Source: Rhizodiscina lignyota
Lineage: Eukaryota
DNA length: 64,000 bases
NCBI GenBank assembly: GCA_010015805.1
Contig: ML978124.1
Span: 1-64,000 of the forward strand
Direction of reading: 5' to 3'
Shown here: positions 48,613-61,753 of the stretch, piece by piece
Numbering within the stretch: the stretch's first letter is position 1
Layout of the letters: each line of letters begins with the position of its first letter
Program-made: the position numbers and the translations under genes
The notes under the pieces: generated by a model
Database searches by the model: none
What the model was told of the DNA's origin: nothing
What the model saw: the letters and a program-made list of their open reading frames with translations, nothing else

Positions 48613-50145
48613 TTAAGGATAATACAAGAAATGCGGATTCTTGTCCTTCAGCTCCGGCCGATCAGGCGCACCAGCCGCGATTCTAGCTCTCCTCTTCGTA
48701 TTTGCCTTTCTCAAGTAAAAGCTTAGTCCGGCTGTCAAAATCAATGACATGCAGGTCATGCCGATGGCAAAGTAGAACCCTTCCAAATATCTCGGCGCGC
48801 TCTGAACTGTAAATATGAAGCCGATCGCCGCACCAGCGGAGTTCCCGACAAGTTGTACGAACCCCGTAGCAAAGGCGCGCTTGAAATAGCCAGCGTGGTT
48901 CGTTGCCGCCCACACGATGTTTAGCGACGTCGAGACGTACAGACCAATGGCGACCATGAAAACGCCCCAGAAACGCACACCGACAACTGGAGATGCGGCG
49001 AGGATTATATACCCGATGAGGCATGAAGTGAGCGCCGCCAGCAGAAATGGTGAGCGGACTTTGAGGCGATCGGAGAAATAACCCATAATCATGTATGATA
49101 CCGCAGCCACGAAGTAAACTGGGACGGTCAAGAGCTGCGAGTTAATCTTTGACGTGAAACCCAGCCCGGCGATGATAGTCGGCATAAACGTCGTCACGCA
49201 GTACAGCGTCGTATCGATACCAAAGTGGCTGACAGATTGCACGTACAACTTCCAGTCCTTGAGACAGCGCCAGATCTCGCTCCAAGAGAATTGCTCTTCG
49301 GGGTCATACTGAGTCTTATTGAGTTCGATGCGTAAGGCTACGAGTCTCCGTTCGTCTTCGGTAAGCCATTTCGCTTCAGCCGCGGAATTTGGCAGCCAGA
49401 AAAAAACTACAGGTGCGAGGCAGAAACTGATGATTCCTTCGACAATGTACATCCACTGCCACCCGTGCATTCCAGCTGCGTTGATTTGAGTGAGTCCGTA
49501 GGCCAATAGGCCACCGAATGCTCCAGACAAGGCGGAAGCTGCGAATATGTACGTGTTGCGGACGGCGTATTCATCTCGATTGTACGTCATTGTGATATAC
49601 ATCAAGATGCACGGAATGATGGCCGCCTCTGTTGCACCTAGCAAAATGCGCACAGCAATGAGCTGATTGAAGGTTTTGACGAATGCGGTTCCGATGGTGA
49701 GTGCTGACCAACACAATGTTGAGCATGTCATGAGATACTTGGGTGTAATGATCTTCAGAAGTACCGTCCAAAAAGGCTCGAAGACGACATAGGTTGCGTA
49801 TACAACTGAAACTGCTGCTCCATACTCATTGTTAACGAGACCAAGGTCAGTACTAAAGCCTGTGAGATTTGCGTTTCCGATATTCGATCGATCTGTTCCT
49901 TGTCAATGCCGCGATTCTTCTTGAGTATAGCAGTTGATTGAAGTACCAAGAAAGCTCATAAGATACAGTGCGCCGAAGAGAGTGATGATGTTGAGATCGA
50001 GTTTTCGGAGGAGCTTCTTCTCGGCGACAGGGTCTATCGCCGCTATTAGATCGCCGGTTTCTGTATCGTGCTTCGAAGGCGAGGTCTTCTCATCGAACCC
50101 TTTAGAGTCCATGTCGAGCTCTTGTACCTCTTTTGGTGCATCCAT
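48613..50145 (-). CDS. MFS anion:cation symporter (Dal5/Tna1-like allantoate/nicotinate family), 2 exons
   Basis: EKKLLRKLD, FL|DRSNIGNA, GAFGGLLAYG, GWQWMYIVEG, LTVPVY, SDRLKVR and APRYLEG. Confidence 0.92.
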
Positions 50146-51118
50146 GCTGAGGGCCGTAGACAACCGGGCGGAAAATAGAGGAACTCAAGATGGCAGAGTG
50201 CGAATTTCCAGCCTTTCTGGATGTGACGTTTGTCCAACAGTGCAATGTAATGGTGACTACGCAATGAAGCAATGGTACGACCTGAGACGACTTCTGCTGT
50301 ACAACGAATCTCAAGGATCTCCTACCTCTACTTAAATAATCTACTTGGGGAATGATCGACATATCCCCTGATAGTTGCGATAAGAGACAATGGGAAGAAA
50401 CTGACTAGATAATCTGGAGACGACGGCTTACCGCGGCCATTGATCCTCACCTCCGCCAAAAGCTACCCGGGTAATATCCACGTTGATTGGATCAATAGCA
50501 TAACTGTATCCTGCGGCGACATGCTCAAGACATGCGGCTCCTTACTCCCGTCACGCGTTATCTCTAGGCAGTGGGTGTAACGATCCAGACAGTACATCGA
50601 TAAGAACAATAGATATGCGAACGTTTCGTATTCATGGTATTCGGCCAACTTTCAAGTAAGAAGCAGGTGTTTAACGTTGAGTGCGCTAGACTGTGGTGTT
50701 GTGCAGGAGCAATTCTCAGTCCCAAATCGTCCCGCTGGAATTTGCGCTACCCCGTACTCCAAGCCAATTTAACGCTAGCAGACCCACTTGGTTCCAGTGA
50801 ACCAATCAGCGTATGAAACCATGCCATAGCCGTAGCAGAAAGATTTTAGTACGGAGTACAAGTACAGTCCTCAAGATTCTTTCCACGAAATAAATTTAAT
50901 AAGCACTACAAGCACTAGGCTACCCTACGTCGAATATCTCCTCTTAGAGGAATCTGCGGTCTACATGGTGTCCTTCAACTGACCAAGGAAGCCTGAAGGG
51001 CAACCCGAAGAAAAGACTCCAATCATGCCAACAATACCTCCTTGATACTCATACTTCCGCCCCTCACACAGTACAATACTCCAAAGGCCTACCACGACCA
51101 AGGAAATGGCGACACAGC

Positions 51119-52836
51119 TTAAGCACCTGTCCCTTGGAACGGAAGAGCGTTTGGCTGACAAACTGTACCAGGAGAAGGCAGTTTGCCTTTCCAGTAGTCG
51201 TACACATGGCCCAAGGTACAATTTGATACTCCGGTGCTGCTGGTATGCCCAACCGAGTCCTGCTCCAAGAGCACTGATCCTGGGAACTTGGAAGCCATCG
51301 CGCGCGCGTTTGCCATTGGCGTTACGGGATCGATGGAGTTGGTGATGAAGAGCATGGGAAACGCCGTCTTGTTCTGGACTCCAAGACTAGCAGGAAATGT
51401 GCCACTAGGAGGCGGAGCTACATCCATATTCTGGCAACTTGCGACGACGATGGACCAAGCACCACCAGCGTACCTGCTTTGGGCATGTAGCAGCTCCGTG
51501 TATTGCTGGAAGCTTTCGAGCGAGTCTGTGGTGTTTGCTCTCCCGTGACTGTCAACGCAGCTAATAATGACCCCAGGAGTACTCGGATCCAGAGCCGGTA
51601 CCGTGGCTGGGTTGGAGCCTTGGATGAGCCCAGCGGCTATGAGCAAAGACGTGCCATTGCGATGCTCAAGATCAACGAGAATTTGCGCGAGCAATGGAAA
51701 CATCCGTTCGGGCGAATAGAGAGCATTTAGCAAGACATTCTCGAAGTCCGCATATGTGGCGATCCATGGTTCCTCCACATTCGGATCGTCGATGACCGGT
51801 ACCGGGTGTCCACGAAGATAACCAATGAGCAGTCGGAAGCGAGTTGAAATTGCCTCCGGAGAGTTCTCGTAGAAAGGACATGACTCTTCACCAGCCTCGA
51901 AACAATACTTGAAAAAGCTTTCAACTGCCTGGTCTGTCTGGACAAGTTCCGTGTCCCATCTGCCGCTGTAGTAGCTATCCATATTGCCGACACCGTCTAG
52001 AACGACCCTCCCAACTCGCTCTGGAAACAGAGAGGCGAAAGTCATTCCAAGCAATGTGCCGTAGCTGTATCCGTAATACCAGACTGTCGCGTTCTCCTTT
52101 GACTTTCCGTTTGACACGGCTTGTGCTTCGGCAAACGTGAGCATATCGTGTGCCACGGAAGGAGTGTTGATATATCGCGCCATCCCGTTGGGACCGCCTA
52201 CTGACTTGGCACACCACTCGCTCAAAGCTTTGCCCCAGTAGTACTGCTCAGAGACGGACGTGGAAGAATAATCAGAGACGAGATTTTGGTACATCGTGAT
52301 GAAGTTGTTGCGGATTGCAGGAGCATTGGGGAAGCAGTCGATGGCCGGCCCGCTGTAGTTGACGCCACGTGGGTCGAATGCCACAATATTGACCTTATCC
52401 TGCACACTGTCGTCAGCAACCTGAATCACGCAGTTCCAACATCACAGGGTAAGTAAGCATTAGAGAAAGGTTTACTCACGCCGTACCACAGCCTGAGACT
52501 CTCGGGAGCATCAAGTAGCGAATTTACGCCAGAATCGCCCGGCCCTCCAAAGTTCACCAGTACGTCCTCGGCAGGCTGCTGAACAGCATCGATCTTGATG
52601 AAGGCGATCGACGTGTTACCGACACTGGGGTTGTCGTAGTCCAAAGGGACTTGAAGTCGTGTACAGGTGAAATTGTCAAAGCAGTGGGTCCATTTTACCT
52701 CCGTTGAGGGTGCTAATTTGTTGAAGTCGTAGATCATGGTGCTGTTTTCTGTCGACTCAACTGGAGCAGCCTGGGCTCTCAAGACAGTAGAGAGATATAC
52801 GGCCACAAGGACCTTAAGACTCATGCCTAACAGCAT
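51119..52836 (-). CDS. Secreted TAP-like alpha/beta-hydrolase peptidase (S33-like), 2 exons
   Basis: Signal-peptide-like N-terminus, LQVPLDY, NFGGPGDSG, FDPRGVNYS, nucleophile GYSYGT, VVLDGV, DPVTP and GH; intron at about 52400-52479. Confidence 0.92.
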
Positions 52837-53616
52837 AGAGACCACAGACGAATGCTGATAAAATGGTTGATAATTGGACGGCAGGCTTCGATGATAGATG
52901 CGGATGAAGGGAGACGATGAAAGGAGCAATCGAAATAAACAACAGATTGAGAGATAAAGAAGGTGCACTTGAACTTCAGTAAACCTTGAGATGGTCCAAT
53001 CTCTAGCCGTCAATGCGGCCTTGCCCATATATATACTCTGAAATTTGCGCAGTGACGTCGCTAACGTCGCCCAACTCACGATCGCAAACGCTTCCTTTGC
53101 GTCCATCGAGCCAAGGGCTGAATTCAAAGGCGGTCAAATCAATGAAAATCCTTGACTACGTGATATTGTGATATCGGAGGTAGAAGCGATTTACAAGGCG
53201 TTCATGCTTCCTAAAGAAGGAAGGGCGACCCAAGCTTCTTCGCAAATCAAACGAATTAGGAAATGCTAACTACTGTCGGTAGTTGGCGGTGCAAGTTAAG
53301 CAGAACCTTGGTAAAGAACTTTGAGAACCACTCATCATTTTAATTTTAATCGGTGCTAAGTCAAGGCACTTCTGGACGCACGATGTAGCTGTCGACAAGG
53401 ATGTATTCCGCCGTCTGACAGGGTTTAAGGGTGCTCTTGCTTCAGCTCTGTTACTCACATGCCGCCTATCCCTTTTAGGTGCTGTTGCGATCTCATGAAG
53501 GAAAAGAGGCTGATTTACCAGAAATTACAATTCGGACAATGCGCCTCAATGTATTTCTTGTTTGGTCGTCTGCTTCCTTGGGCTTGTCCTCCATTCCTTA
53601 GTTTTTTTTCTAAACG

Positions 53617-55713
53617 ATGACGCAGCTTTACAAGTGCGACACTTGCAGGTGAGCTTCCAGGAGTTCTTCTTCCACATTAAGCTTGCTGAGTCTTGCCTCC
53701 AGGCGACGAAAGATTAAGGTGTGTTGAATGCCTTATACTGGTTTCAAACCGGTTGACTTTGGCGTGGTATATTTGCTCACTTCATTTTTAGTGTGGTGAG
53801 CAAAGGCCGAAATGTCATGCTTGCATGAAGAAGAATCGGCCATGCACATACACAAACGGCAAGGCGCCTTCCGGATTTGTATACGAACATGCTAACTCTC
53901 GCTAGCTAACCGGGGATGATCTTAACAGGCCCACGAATTCTGATTCTGCCCGTGAGATTAGTATCCCACGCTTCCGTCGAGCTATGGAAACCCCCACAGT
54001 TCTCACTCCCCAAAAAACCAAAATCGCTGGATCTGGTGCTGGATTGTTCGTTACGTATGCACCATTGTACTTCATTCAAGATGTGGCACATGAATCATCC
54101 GTAAGACGTTCCGACGAAAGTCCAACGAGGCCATTCTCCAGCCCGGTGGCTTCGAGATCCAGCTCTCCATGCACATTTGCAAGGTTACCATCATGCGAAG
54201 AGTCGCGACTGATATCACGTTGGATATCAGTAGTAGGGAGAAACCATTATATGTATGAACATATGAGGATCTCCGGGCCCTGGGTCACCCTGATTCCCTC
54301 CCGTATCGGAACCAGCCACCTCGTGGATCTTGCTGCCAGCTACTTCATCGATGGTATCATTGCACATTCTTCTCGAACTAAGCAAAGTCTACGCTTAGCT
54401 CAGTCGTCAGGTGTAAAAGCCCTAAGCTGTTTGCGGCACTCCCTTGCCATCAGGCCAGCACAGGTCAAGATATCGAGTACCGTGCTTGCTATCAAAGCTA
54501 TTGCCGATACCGAAGTCTGATTTCACCATTACCTCACAAATACAGTACCATATTTAACCTGAACTAGATCTTCATCGCTGGTTACCCATCGAGATATATG
54601 CCGCATGTGTGCGGCCTTTCTACATTGCTCACTTCAATCCATCATAACGCTATTGATGAGGAGACGCAAAGTAGCTTGTACTATTCGATGTATCTGGAAG
54701 AAGTAAGCCACATTCGATTCTCAGTCTATTCCTTTCATGAGCTTATATGTCGTACTTGGAAGGTATCAGAAGCAATTATACACAATCGAGCGTCCCGCTT
54801 TAATGACCCATACGGGTTGGACATTTCTCCACCAATTGGTTTGTTTAGAGGAGACCTTGCTCTCGACCATGCGGCCAGTTACGTAATGCAGCAGAATATC
54901 CAACTACCTGGTCCGATGACTCTTGTCCGTCACTATTGTGAAGCGCCGAATGATGATGATACCTGGGCAAGTGTACATGAGCTGGCCGACGCCTTTGGTG
55001 CTCGAGACTCGCAAATCAACATGGTCGTGCAGCAGCATATCTACTACGGACACGAGATATCCGTTGAGCAATGTGTATGGCCACAATGCATACTGGGCCT
55101 CTTCAAATCTCAAGCGTATCGCATGGCATCTATTCAGACTTACAATTTGTGCATACAATATTGGACGACGAGAGTGTGGTTCTGTGGACTGATACAAACA
55201 ATCCACTCCGAGGACCTCCGCAACCATCGGGGCCGCGGCGCGCTCTTCTCGCAATCATCCTCGAGCACTGACGCTTCTACTCTTTACTTGGATGATATAG
55301 ATGCGGCCGTCAACCTTATCATGTGCATACCATTCGCTCTTGGGCTGCTTGACTCAACACCGGGAACAGTCTGTGAATTTGTTTTTCCAGATGAGATTCC
55401 ACACCAGGAACTACTCTTACTTCCCTTACGACTTGTGATCTGCTTGCAGATTTCGTTCGGCTCATGGCATCGCCTGGAAAAACGCCTCGGTCACGGGCCT
55501 TCGGGAATCCTCTCCTCCGCCCTCGATGCAGGAATTGGTCTGGACGTTGGTCAAGTCCAGCACATTAAGAAATGGCTGCTCAAGATCATCATTGAAATGC
55601 AGAACATGTGGCAAATTCGGCCTTCGGTGTATGAAGAGCTGGAACATAAAGTCGAGATGATGGCTGGTGGTACCTTTGATGAGTCGGTATGGGCACCATG
55701 GCAGTACAATTGA
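53617..55713 (+). CDS. Zn(II)2Cys6 transcription factor with one in-frame TAG (possible pseudogene)
   Basis: Two micro-exons plus the exon from 53792 give MTQLYKCDTCRRRKIKCGEQRPKCHACMKKNRPCTY. TAG at 53903-53905; the same frame continues into ORF 53984-54520 and, via further introns, to 55713. Confidence 0.75.
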
Positions 55714-55992
55714 GACAATAGAAATGAACTTTACTGAACGTCAGGTCCAGTACACTTAGTTGACTCTGCGATGGATGACATAAGAATTCTTCATCTCGAT
55801 CGACATGACTCGTGATATTTTCGGCAACATGCTTACCTAGCTAAGCGAGATTATGCTGCGTGATGAAACAGGACATCTTCTATTTTGGGTATAGACGTCA
55901 TCTTCACTAAGTTAACTTCATCTGCGCACGACGCTTTAGATTTTACCAATCTTCCAATTCACGAGCATCTTTCCGCGAACCACTTTCCTGAA

Positions 55993-57252
55993 ATGACAGC
56001 CAAACCGAGAGCAAGTTCGTACTCGGATGAATATACCAAAAATGTGTGCAAACTCCTCAGTCTGCCACGCGAGCTACGCGACGAGATCTGGAGTTTTGTG
56101 GTGGCTGAGTATGTCACATCCGCAACAGCTTCTCCGCGAGACCGCGTTGCACTGTCTCTTCTGCGTGTAAATAAGCAGATTCGGAAAGAGATCACGACAG
56201 TATTCCGCGAAAGGCCATTTTGCTTCAATAGCGGTCACCACGCTGCCCTGCTACTGGGACACCGGTGGTACAATCAGTATGGAGTCTCACTCGAGTATCG
56301 ACCTCAACCTCGCATATTCCTCAAAATGGGGCACCTCCGCATTCTGCCAGGAAAAATGACACTTAGCGGTGAAGTCGAACTAAAGACCTGGCTCCACGTT
56401 GTATTCAGCAACCGTATCTTGCACTGCAGCAGTACTTCTTCAATGGGTTGGGATGATGTCGAAAAAAGAATAGTACCACTTCTGCAGACAATCCGGTTCC
56501 AGAGAATAGGTCTCCGCTCATTAGAGATCCCAGTAACATCTCTCTTCGATGTTTCAGTAGTCCGTTCCTTAAGACGACTGCGTGGAGTGAATGTCCACTT
56601 CACGTTTACGCCAGGTACTTCTGCTATTGAGACTTTCCTAAAAATGGGCCGAGAATCGCTGTCAAGCAGAAAGTGGGTAGGTGAAACGGGCGAGACAGAC
56701 ATCGTCGTTCCCGTCTACGCTTCGCCCTCCACCACAGAACCCGTCGCATTGGCGCCATTGGAGAATTTCGTCACCGCAGTCCGTCGTGAGGTGGCAAGCA
56801 CAATTCCCATTAAAATTACCATAGGCAATGCTCAAAAAGATATACCAATTTGGATCGAATCCCAAAACCACAAGGAAGGTGACACTCGAAACCTGTCTCC
56901 ACCAGACTCGGGCTGGTATAAGTACGTGGCGCGTGATCCGGGAATCTGCTGCCTTGAACGAGCGTCTGCACCGGATCCGAGAACAACCCCCGGAAGGAAA
57001 CAGTCGCGTAACTGTCGAAGATGTGTGACGAAGATGCAGCGGAAAGCCCTATTGTGCACATGCTGGACATGTACCACTCGGCGTGACAGAAGCAGAGATA
57101 AGGAAAGAGTGATTTGGATCCAAGATGCGGGCATCGAAGGAGTTGTGATAAAGAACAGAATCACATTGGCAGAGAATCCCGTCATCGGTAATGGATGCAT
57201 GGCAGATCATCGACACTCACCCCGGCGCTGGCAAACATACCCCCTGCTGTGA
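55993..57252 (+). CDS. Hypothetical protein with F-box-like N-terminal motif and Cys-rich C-terminus
   Basis: LLSLPRELRDEIWSFVV...LLRVNKQIRKEI is the pattern of fungal F-box-like proteins; CRRC...CTCWTC near the C-terminus. Confidence 0.6.
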   Translation: MTAKPRASSYSDEYTKNVCKLLSLPRELRDEIWSFVVAEYVTSATASPRDRVALSLLRVNKQIRKEITTVFRERPFCFNSGHHAALLLGHRWYNQYGVSLEYRPQPRIFLKMGHLRILPGKMTLSGEVELKTWLHVVFSNRILHCSSTSSMGWDDVEKRIVPLLQTIRFQRIGLRSLEIPVTSLFDVSVVRSLRRLRGVNVHFTFTPGTSAIETFLKMGRESLSSRKWVGETGETDIVVPVYASPSTTEPVALAPLENFVTAVRREVASTIPIKITIGNAQKDIPIWIESQNHKEGDTRNLSPPDSGWYKYVARDPGICCLERASAPDPRTTPGRKQSRNCRRCVTKMQRKALLCTCWTCTTRRDRSRDKERVIWIQDAGIEGVVIKNRITLAENPVIGNGCMADHRHSPRRWQTYPLL

Positions 57253-58295
57253 TGAGGTTCCATGGATTGCCGAATGGATGATCTGTTATTCCTGCGTGTA
57301 ATGGTTGGAGATAGTCTCGATATGTTCTGCTTGCTCGGAGACGTTACGGTTTGCCGGACGCGAAGCACTGAGATAGTCGCCCTGGTTCACATCCTTACTA
57401 GCAGCTCTCAGCTACACGCCTTGAGCAATGCTTGTGATATGCAGAGGTATTTGTAAGTCAGGTTATCCCGAGCAGGCCAAGTAGGGGGCTTTTCTCGAGC
57501 GAGAACGTGAACTGATGCGAGTATCCTCTGTATTCTGTCGCCCTTGAAAGCAGATAGCAACGGATTAGGCTATTGAGCTCATTTGAAGCAGGGTGAACTT
57601 GATTGTTAATATTTGCGTTTCAGAAAGTTCAGCGCCGAGCTACAGTGCGTGTTAACTTTTTCGATTCTCGATTTTCAAACTGTCAGTCTCTCGCGGGGAG
57701 CTGAGTAGGATGCATAGGAGGTTTACTAAGGCACGCCTAGCTAATGCTAATCTGGCTAGACACTTATTATTAATTCAATTAAATATAGCTTAAGCTTAGC
57801 CCCGACGTAGACCGGGGGGAGCGGAGATTCGAAGATTCGAAAGTCGGGAAACGAAAAATCAAGGACGAAGGAGTTGACATGCGCTGTAGCATCTTTAGCG
57901 AAGGGAATTTAAAGGAAGCAGTTTGCACGTCGAAGAGATATGCAAGGCTGTTGAAAAGGGTTAGCTGCCACGTACTAGAGCGTGCGGCGTTTCGAAAGAA
58001 GATGGCGGCGGCTGATGTAATGCGGCAATCCTTGTCGGCTCCAGCGGAAAAGCCAAGAAGTGGAATGAGATAGATCGCTCTTCAGGCCAAGAACGGCAGA
58101 AGGTGGCGGGAATAATCATCAAAGCCACGGGCCAGGAGGCAAGAACTGGACGAGATCACGGACATCTCAGAGAGCGAACGACGCGAGTATAAAGGAACGC
58201 TCGGGGAACATCATACGTCCTCGCCGATCACAATGATATCTGTCGAGGCTCTGCAGAGCGTGCTCGCTGCCGGAAAGGCCAGCACAGACGACAAT

Positions 58296-60426
58296 ATGAA
58301 TAACAGCTCGCCGAGTGACGGCGGCGGCACAGGTACTGCAAGAGAAACGGCAAATTTCAACAGAGTCACGATTCCTCTCGCTTGTACCACATGCCGGAGC
58401 CGACACTTGAAGTGCGACGGGAAGATGCCGTGCTCACGATGCAAGGTTGACAGCGTCGAATGTCTGTACGTGAAGAGCCGACGAGGTTACAAAGGACCAC
58501 GGAAATCGAAGATTGGGGTGACTGAAGATGGAAAAGGCCCGAACGGTATGTACATGATTCTTTCGTTCTATGTCTTTTCACGAGCCTCCATTTCAGACAA
58601 CTCGTCTTGGCGGCTGTCGGCTTGGCCCTTGATGCACTGAATTGTCGCTGCGATCGGTATTATCGTCCAGATGGGTCGCTTCCTCTTCACTATATCGCCG
58701 AATCGTCGTATTTCTTGCGCCGACTTGCTGACCGGAATCAAGAGAAAAATATGTCTCCGCCACAGTCGACGACTGCTGTTGATTTTACGGCACCGATAAC
58801 CGCGCCACTCGATCTGTACATCCCACCTGTATCAAGCGCCATTACTACTACTCCGTCAAATCCGATGGGAATGATAGGTCATCCAAGCCACCCTTCATCA
58901 ACTCCAAGCTTCGAAGACGTCGAAATTTCAAACGCGTTGTCATCTACGAAGCTGCCATCGGAGCTGATGGTAAACAGCTGGCCGGCTCCACTGTTTGTCA
59001 ATGCTTATTACGAGCACTTCCACAGGTGTCATCCTTTCTTACTTCCACGGCCTCGGATGTTGGAACTGTTGCGGAATCGGAGCATACCGCATCTGGTACT
59101 CGCGGTGCAATATGTCGGATCTTTCTACTTCCCATCCGCCTCTACTCAGCTAGCACAGGACGCATTAAGCCAAGCCCTCCATCAGATCCCGGCAAAAGAT
59201 GGCTATTATGTCCAGGCGATGCTGCTACTTACTATTGGTCTGCAGATGGCAAATCGCGTGGAGCAGGCAAATGCAGTACTTTGTTCGACGAGCGATCTTG
59301 CCTTACAACTTGGCATGCATAGACGAGAGTATGCTTGGTCGCACGGAAATGGCTCGAGAGAGTTGGAGGAGAGCTGGAGACGCACGTGGTGGGAGTTGTA
59401 CATGATAAACGCGCTGATGGCAGGGATGAATCAGATCGAGTTTCATCTCTGGCCTGTCGAGGCGGATTGTCTTCTTCCGTGTGAGGAACATGAATATCAG
59501 AGTGGAGTAAGTTGCCTCATACATTTTTGATTGGCGATGCTTTACTGACAGATCTACCTTACGAACAGCAAATTCCTCCATCCAAGTCTCTCGAAGACAT
59601 GGAAGACTCGGACTTCGTCTCTCATAACGACACATTCTCATCGGCCGCTTATCGAATTGATGCAGCTCGGCGGTGTGGCGCTGTACTAGCTGCCGTTCGT
59701 TCTGATCCTATCTGCTTCAACAAACTCGGTGCCGCGGAAATGGGGCTCGCAAATTGGGCACTTCAACTCCCAGAGTCTAAGCGTGATCCGATTGACCGCA
59801 ATGGTACCGTCGATGAACTGATGTTTCAGGCACACATGATCGCTGCTGCTGCCGGCGTCTTGCTGAATAGACCGAGATCGGACTTGAATCTCGAGGATGT
59901 CATAGATATCCGCACTTGCGTTGGGGCTGGTTCCTGCGTCTTGCCTGGCGACCAACGACAAATCTACACCGCAAAAGCCGTCCAGGCCGCAAACGACATT
60001 GCTCGACTGATGACCCTACCAGTGCCACTACTCAAACATACCCCGTTCTTCACCTGTATCACCACCATGGCTGCCACCATCTACCTCTCATATTGGTCTT
60101 TCTGTGCCATTGATGGCAGTGACACCTTTACGAAAGAGCAGATCAGACTGACGATCGGCGTGCTGAAGAACTTGAGCGAACTCTGGCCTATCGCGAGAAA
60201 CACCCTCGCACAGGTTCGCGGCGTGGCACGGGAGCTGTATGCTGCACGGAAGGCCATTAACAGTGCGAACTGGGATGCTGTGACGACAGGAGAGATCCTC
60301 CGAGGACTGATCGAGCAAAACGTTGGAGGCAGTGCAGGGCTACCAATCGACCCGGCCATTGCGGCCATTGCTCCCCTTCCTGAGAGGTGGAGTGTGAGCG
60401 ATGCGTCGATGGACATGCAACAATGA
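58296..60426 (+). CDS. Zn(II)2Cys6 transcription factor with fungal-specific TF domain, 3 exons (alternative start at 58233)
   Basis: ACTTCRSRHLKCDGKMPCSRCKVDSVECLYVKSRRG; YYEHFHRCHPFLLP; EESWRRTWWELY; HTPFFTC. Confidence 0.92.
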
Positions 60427-60691
60427 CAAGACTAAAAATGGGCGTAGTAATAACAGCAAAGGACACAAAGGAAAGGTGCACAAGCGCTGAATGCTGACTC
60501 AACTCAGCATTTTACGATCAACATGATGTAACGACTTGGCAATGACCTGTAAGATAATGGATCTTTTTTAAATGTGTTTCAATTGCTATTCCTGTTTTCA
60601 CCCGTAACCATTATAAGGCACTCGACCTTGAAGATACTATCCTACCAAACGCAGCTCCAGTACTTGTGATTTCTCAGCCTATTTCTAGCGC

Positions 60692-61753
60692 TTACTCCTT
60701 TCCAGCTTCCAGGAACTCGAGGTAGTGTCCAATAACGCTCTCCACCTGATCCTCAAGAGTCTTGTACTTGAAGCCAAACACCCTCTCCGACTTCCTCCCG
60801 TCAACCTTCAGTGGCACAGTGTTCGCTTTTCCGGTCGCTGGCAGGATGCCCTTCTCAACAGCCTCAGGGAAGAGCTTCTTCACAGCAGCGCGAACATCAT
60901 TCCAATCGGTTCCCTTCACCTCGCCCTCATCGGGCGTCCAGTCCAGGACGTACGTGCCGGCAGGGACGTGCTCATCCAGAGCCTGCACATGCGATCGTGC
61001 AACGTCTTCAAGGTGAACGGTGGCGCCAAGCATTGGGCCCTCCAAGTCCTTGCCAAGAGCGATGTTGATGAACTGGGAATTTGTACCGCGGATGCTACCA
61101 GAGGCGCTAGTGTCAAGGTCATCCTTGCCCATGACGAAGGAGGGAGCAAGGTTCACCACGTCGAAGCTGGGCTTGTTCTTCTCGATCCAGTCATGGGTCG
61201 CGTTGTACGCTGCGGCCTTTGATGCGGAGTACGCCTGGAACTCGACGGCGTACGGGCCCTCGTCGAGAGGAATACGGCTGTCGTCATTGTAGAGCGTCAG
61301 GGTGGGCTTGAAGGCCTCGCTGATCGGGAGAATCGCGACGACGGAGGTTGTGATGGCGACACGCTTGACGGAGGGCGACTTGGCGGCCGACTCGAGCATG
61401 CCGACAGTACCCTGGACGGCGGGCTTGATGAAGTACTCCTTGTACTCATCCGTGCTGAGCTGACCGCCAGTAGTGATCGGGCTGGCGATGTGGATCACGT
61501 AGTCGACGCCCTTAACAGCATTGTCGAATGCTCCTGGTGTGGTAATGTCTTCAACCGTGGTAAATGTGATGGCATTGGGAGCAAGTTTGGATGCGATGGC
61601 CTTGAAAGTCGGTGCTGAGAGAACAGCGTCGGCGCGCTTTTGCGAGCGGACTGAGAGGCGGACACGATAGCCAGCTTCGAGGGCGAGGATGGTGGTGCGG
61701 AAACCGATGTGGCCGGTACCGCCAGTAATAAGGACGAGGTCGCCTTTGCCCAT
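60692..61753 (-). CDS. NAD(P)-dependent extended SDR (Gre2/aldehyde reductase II/dihydroflavonol reductase-like)
   Basis: LITGGTGHIG Rossmann motif, VIHIASP, TTSVVA, YSASK (YxxxK) and VHLEDVARSHV. Confidence 0.93.
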   Translation of the reverse strand: MGKGDLVLITGGTGHIGFRTTILALEAGYRVRLSVRSQKRADAVLSAPTFKAIASKLAPNAITFTTVEDITTPGAFDNAVKGVDYVIHIASPITTGGQLSTDEYKEYFIKPAVQGTVGMLESAAKSPSVKRVAITTSVVAILPISEAFKPTLTLYNDDSRIPLDEGPYAVEFQAYSASKAAAYNATHDWIEKNKPSFDVVNLAPSFVMGKDDLDTSASGSIRGTNSQFINIALGKDLEGPMLGATVHLEDVARSHVQALDEHVPAGTYVLDWTPDEGEVKGTDWNDVRAAVKKLFPEAVEKGILPATGKANTVPLKVDGRKSERVFGFKYKTLEDQVESVIGHYLEFLEAGKE

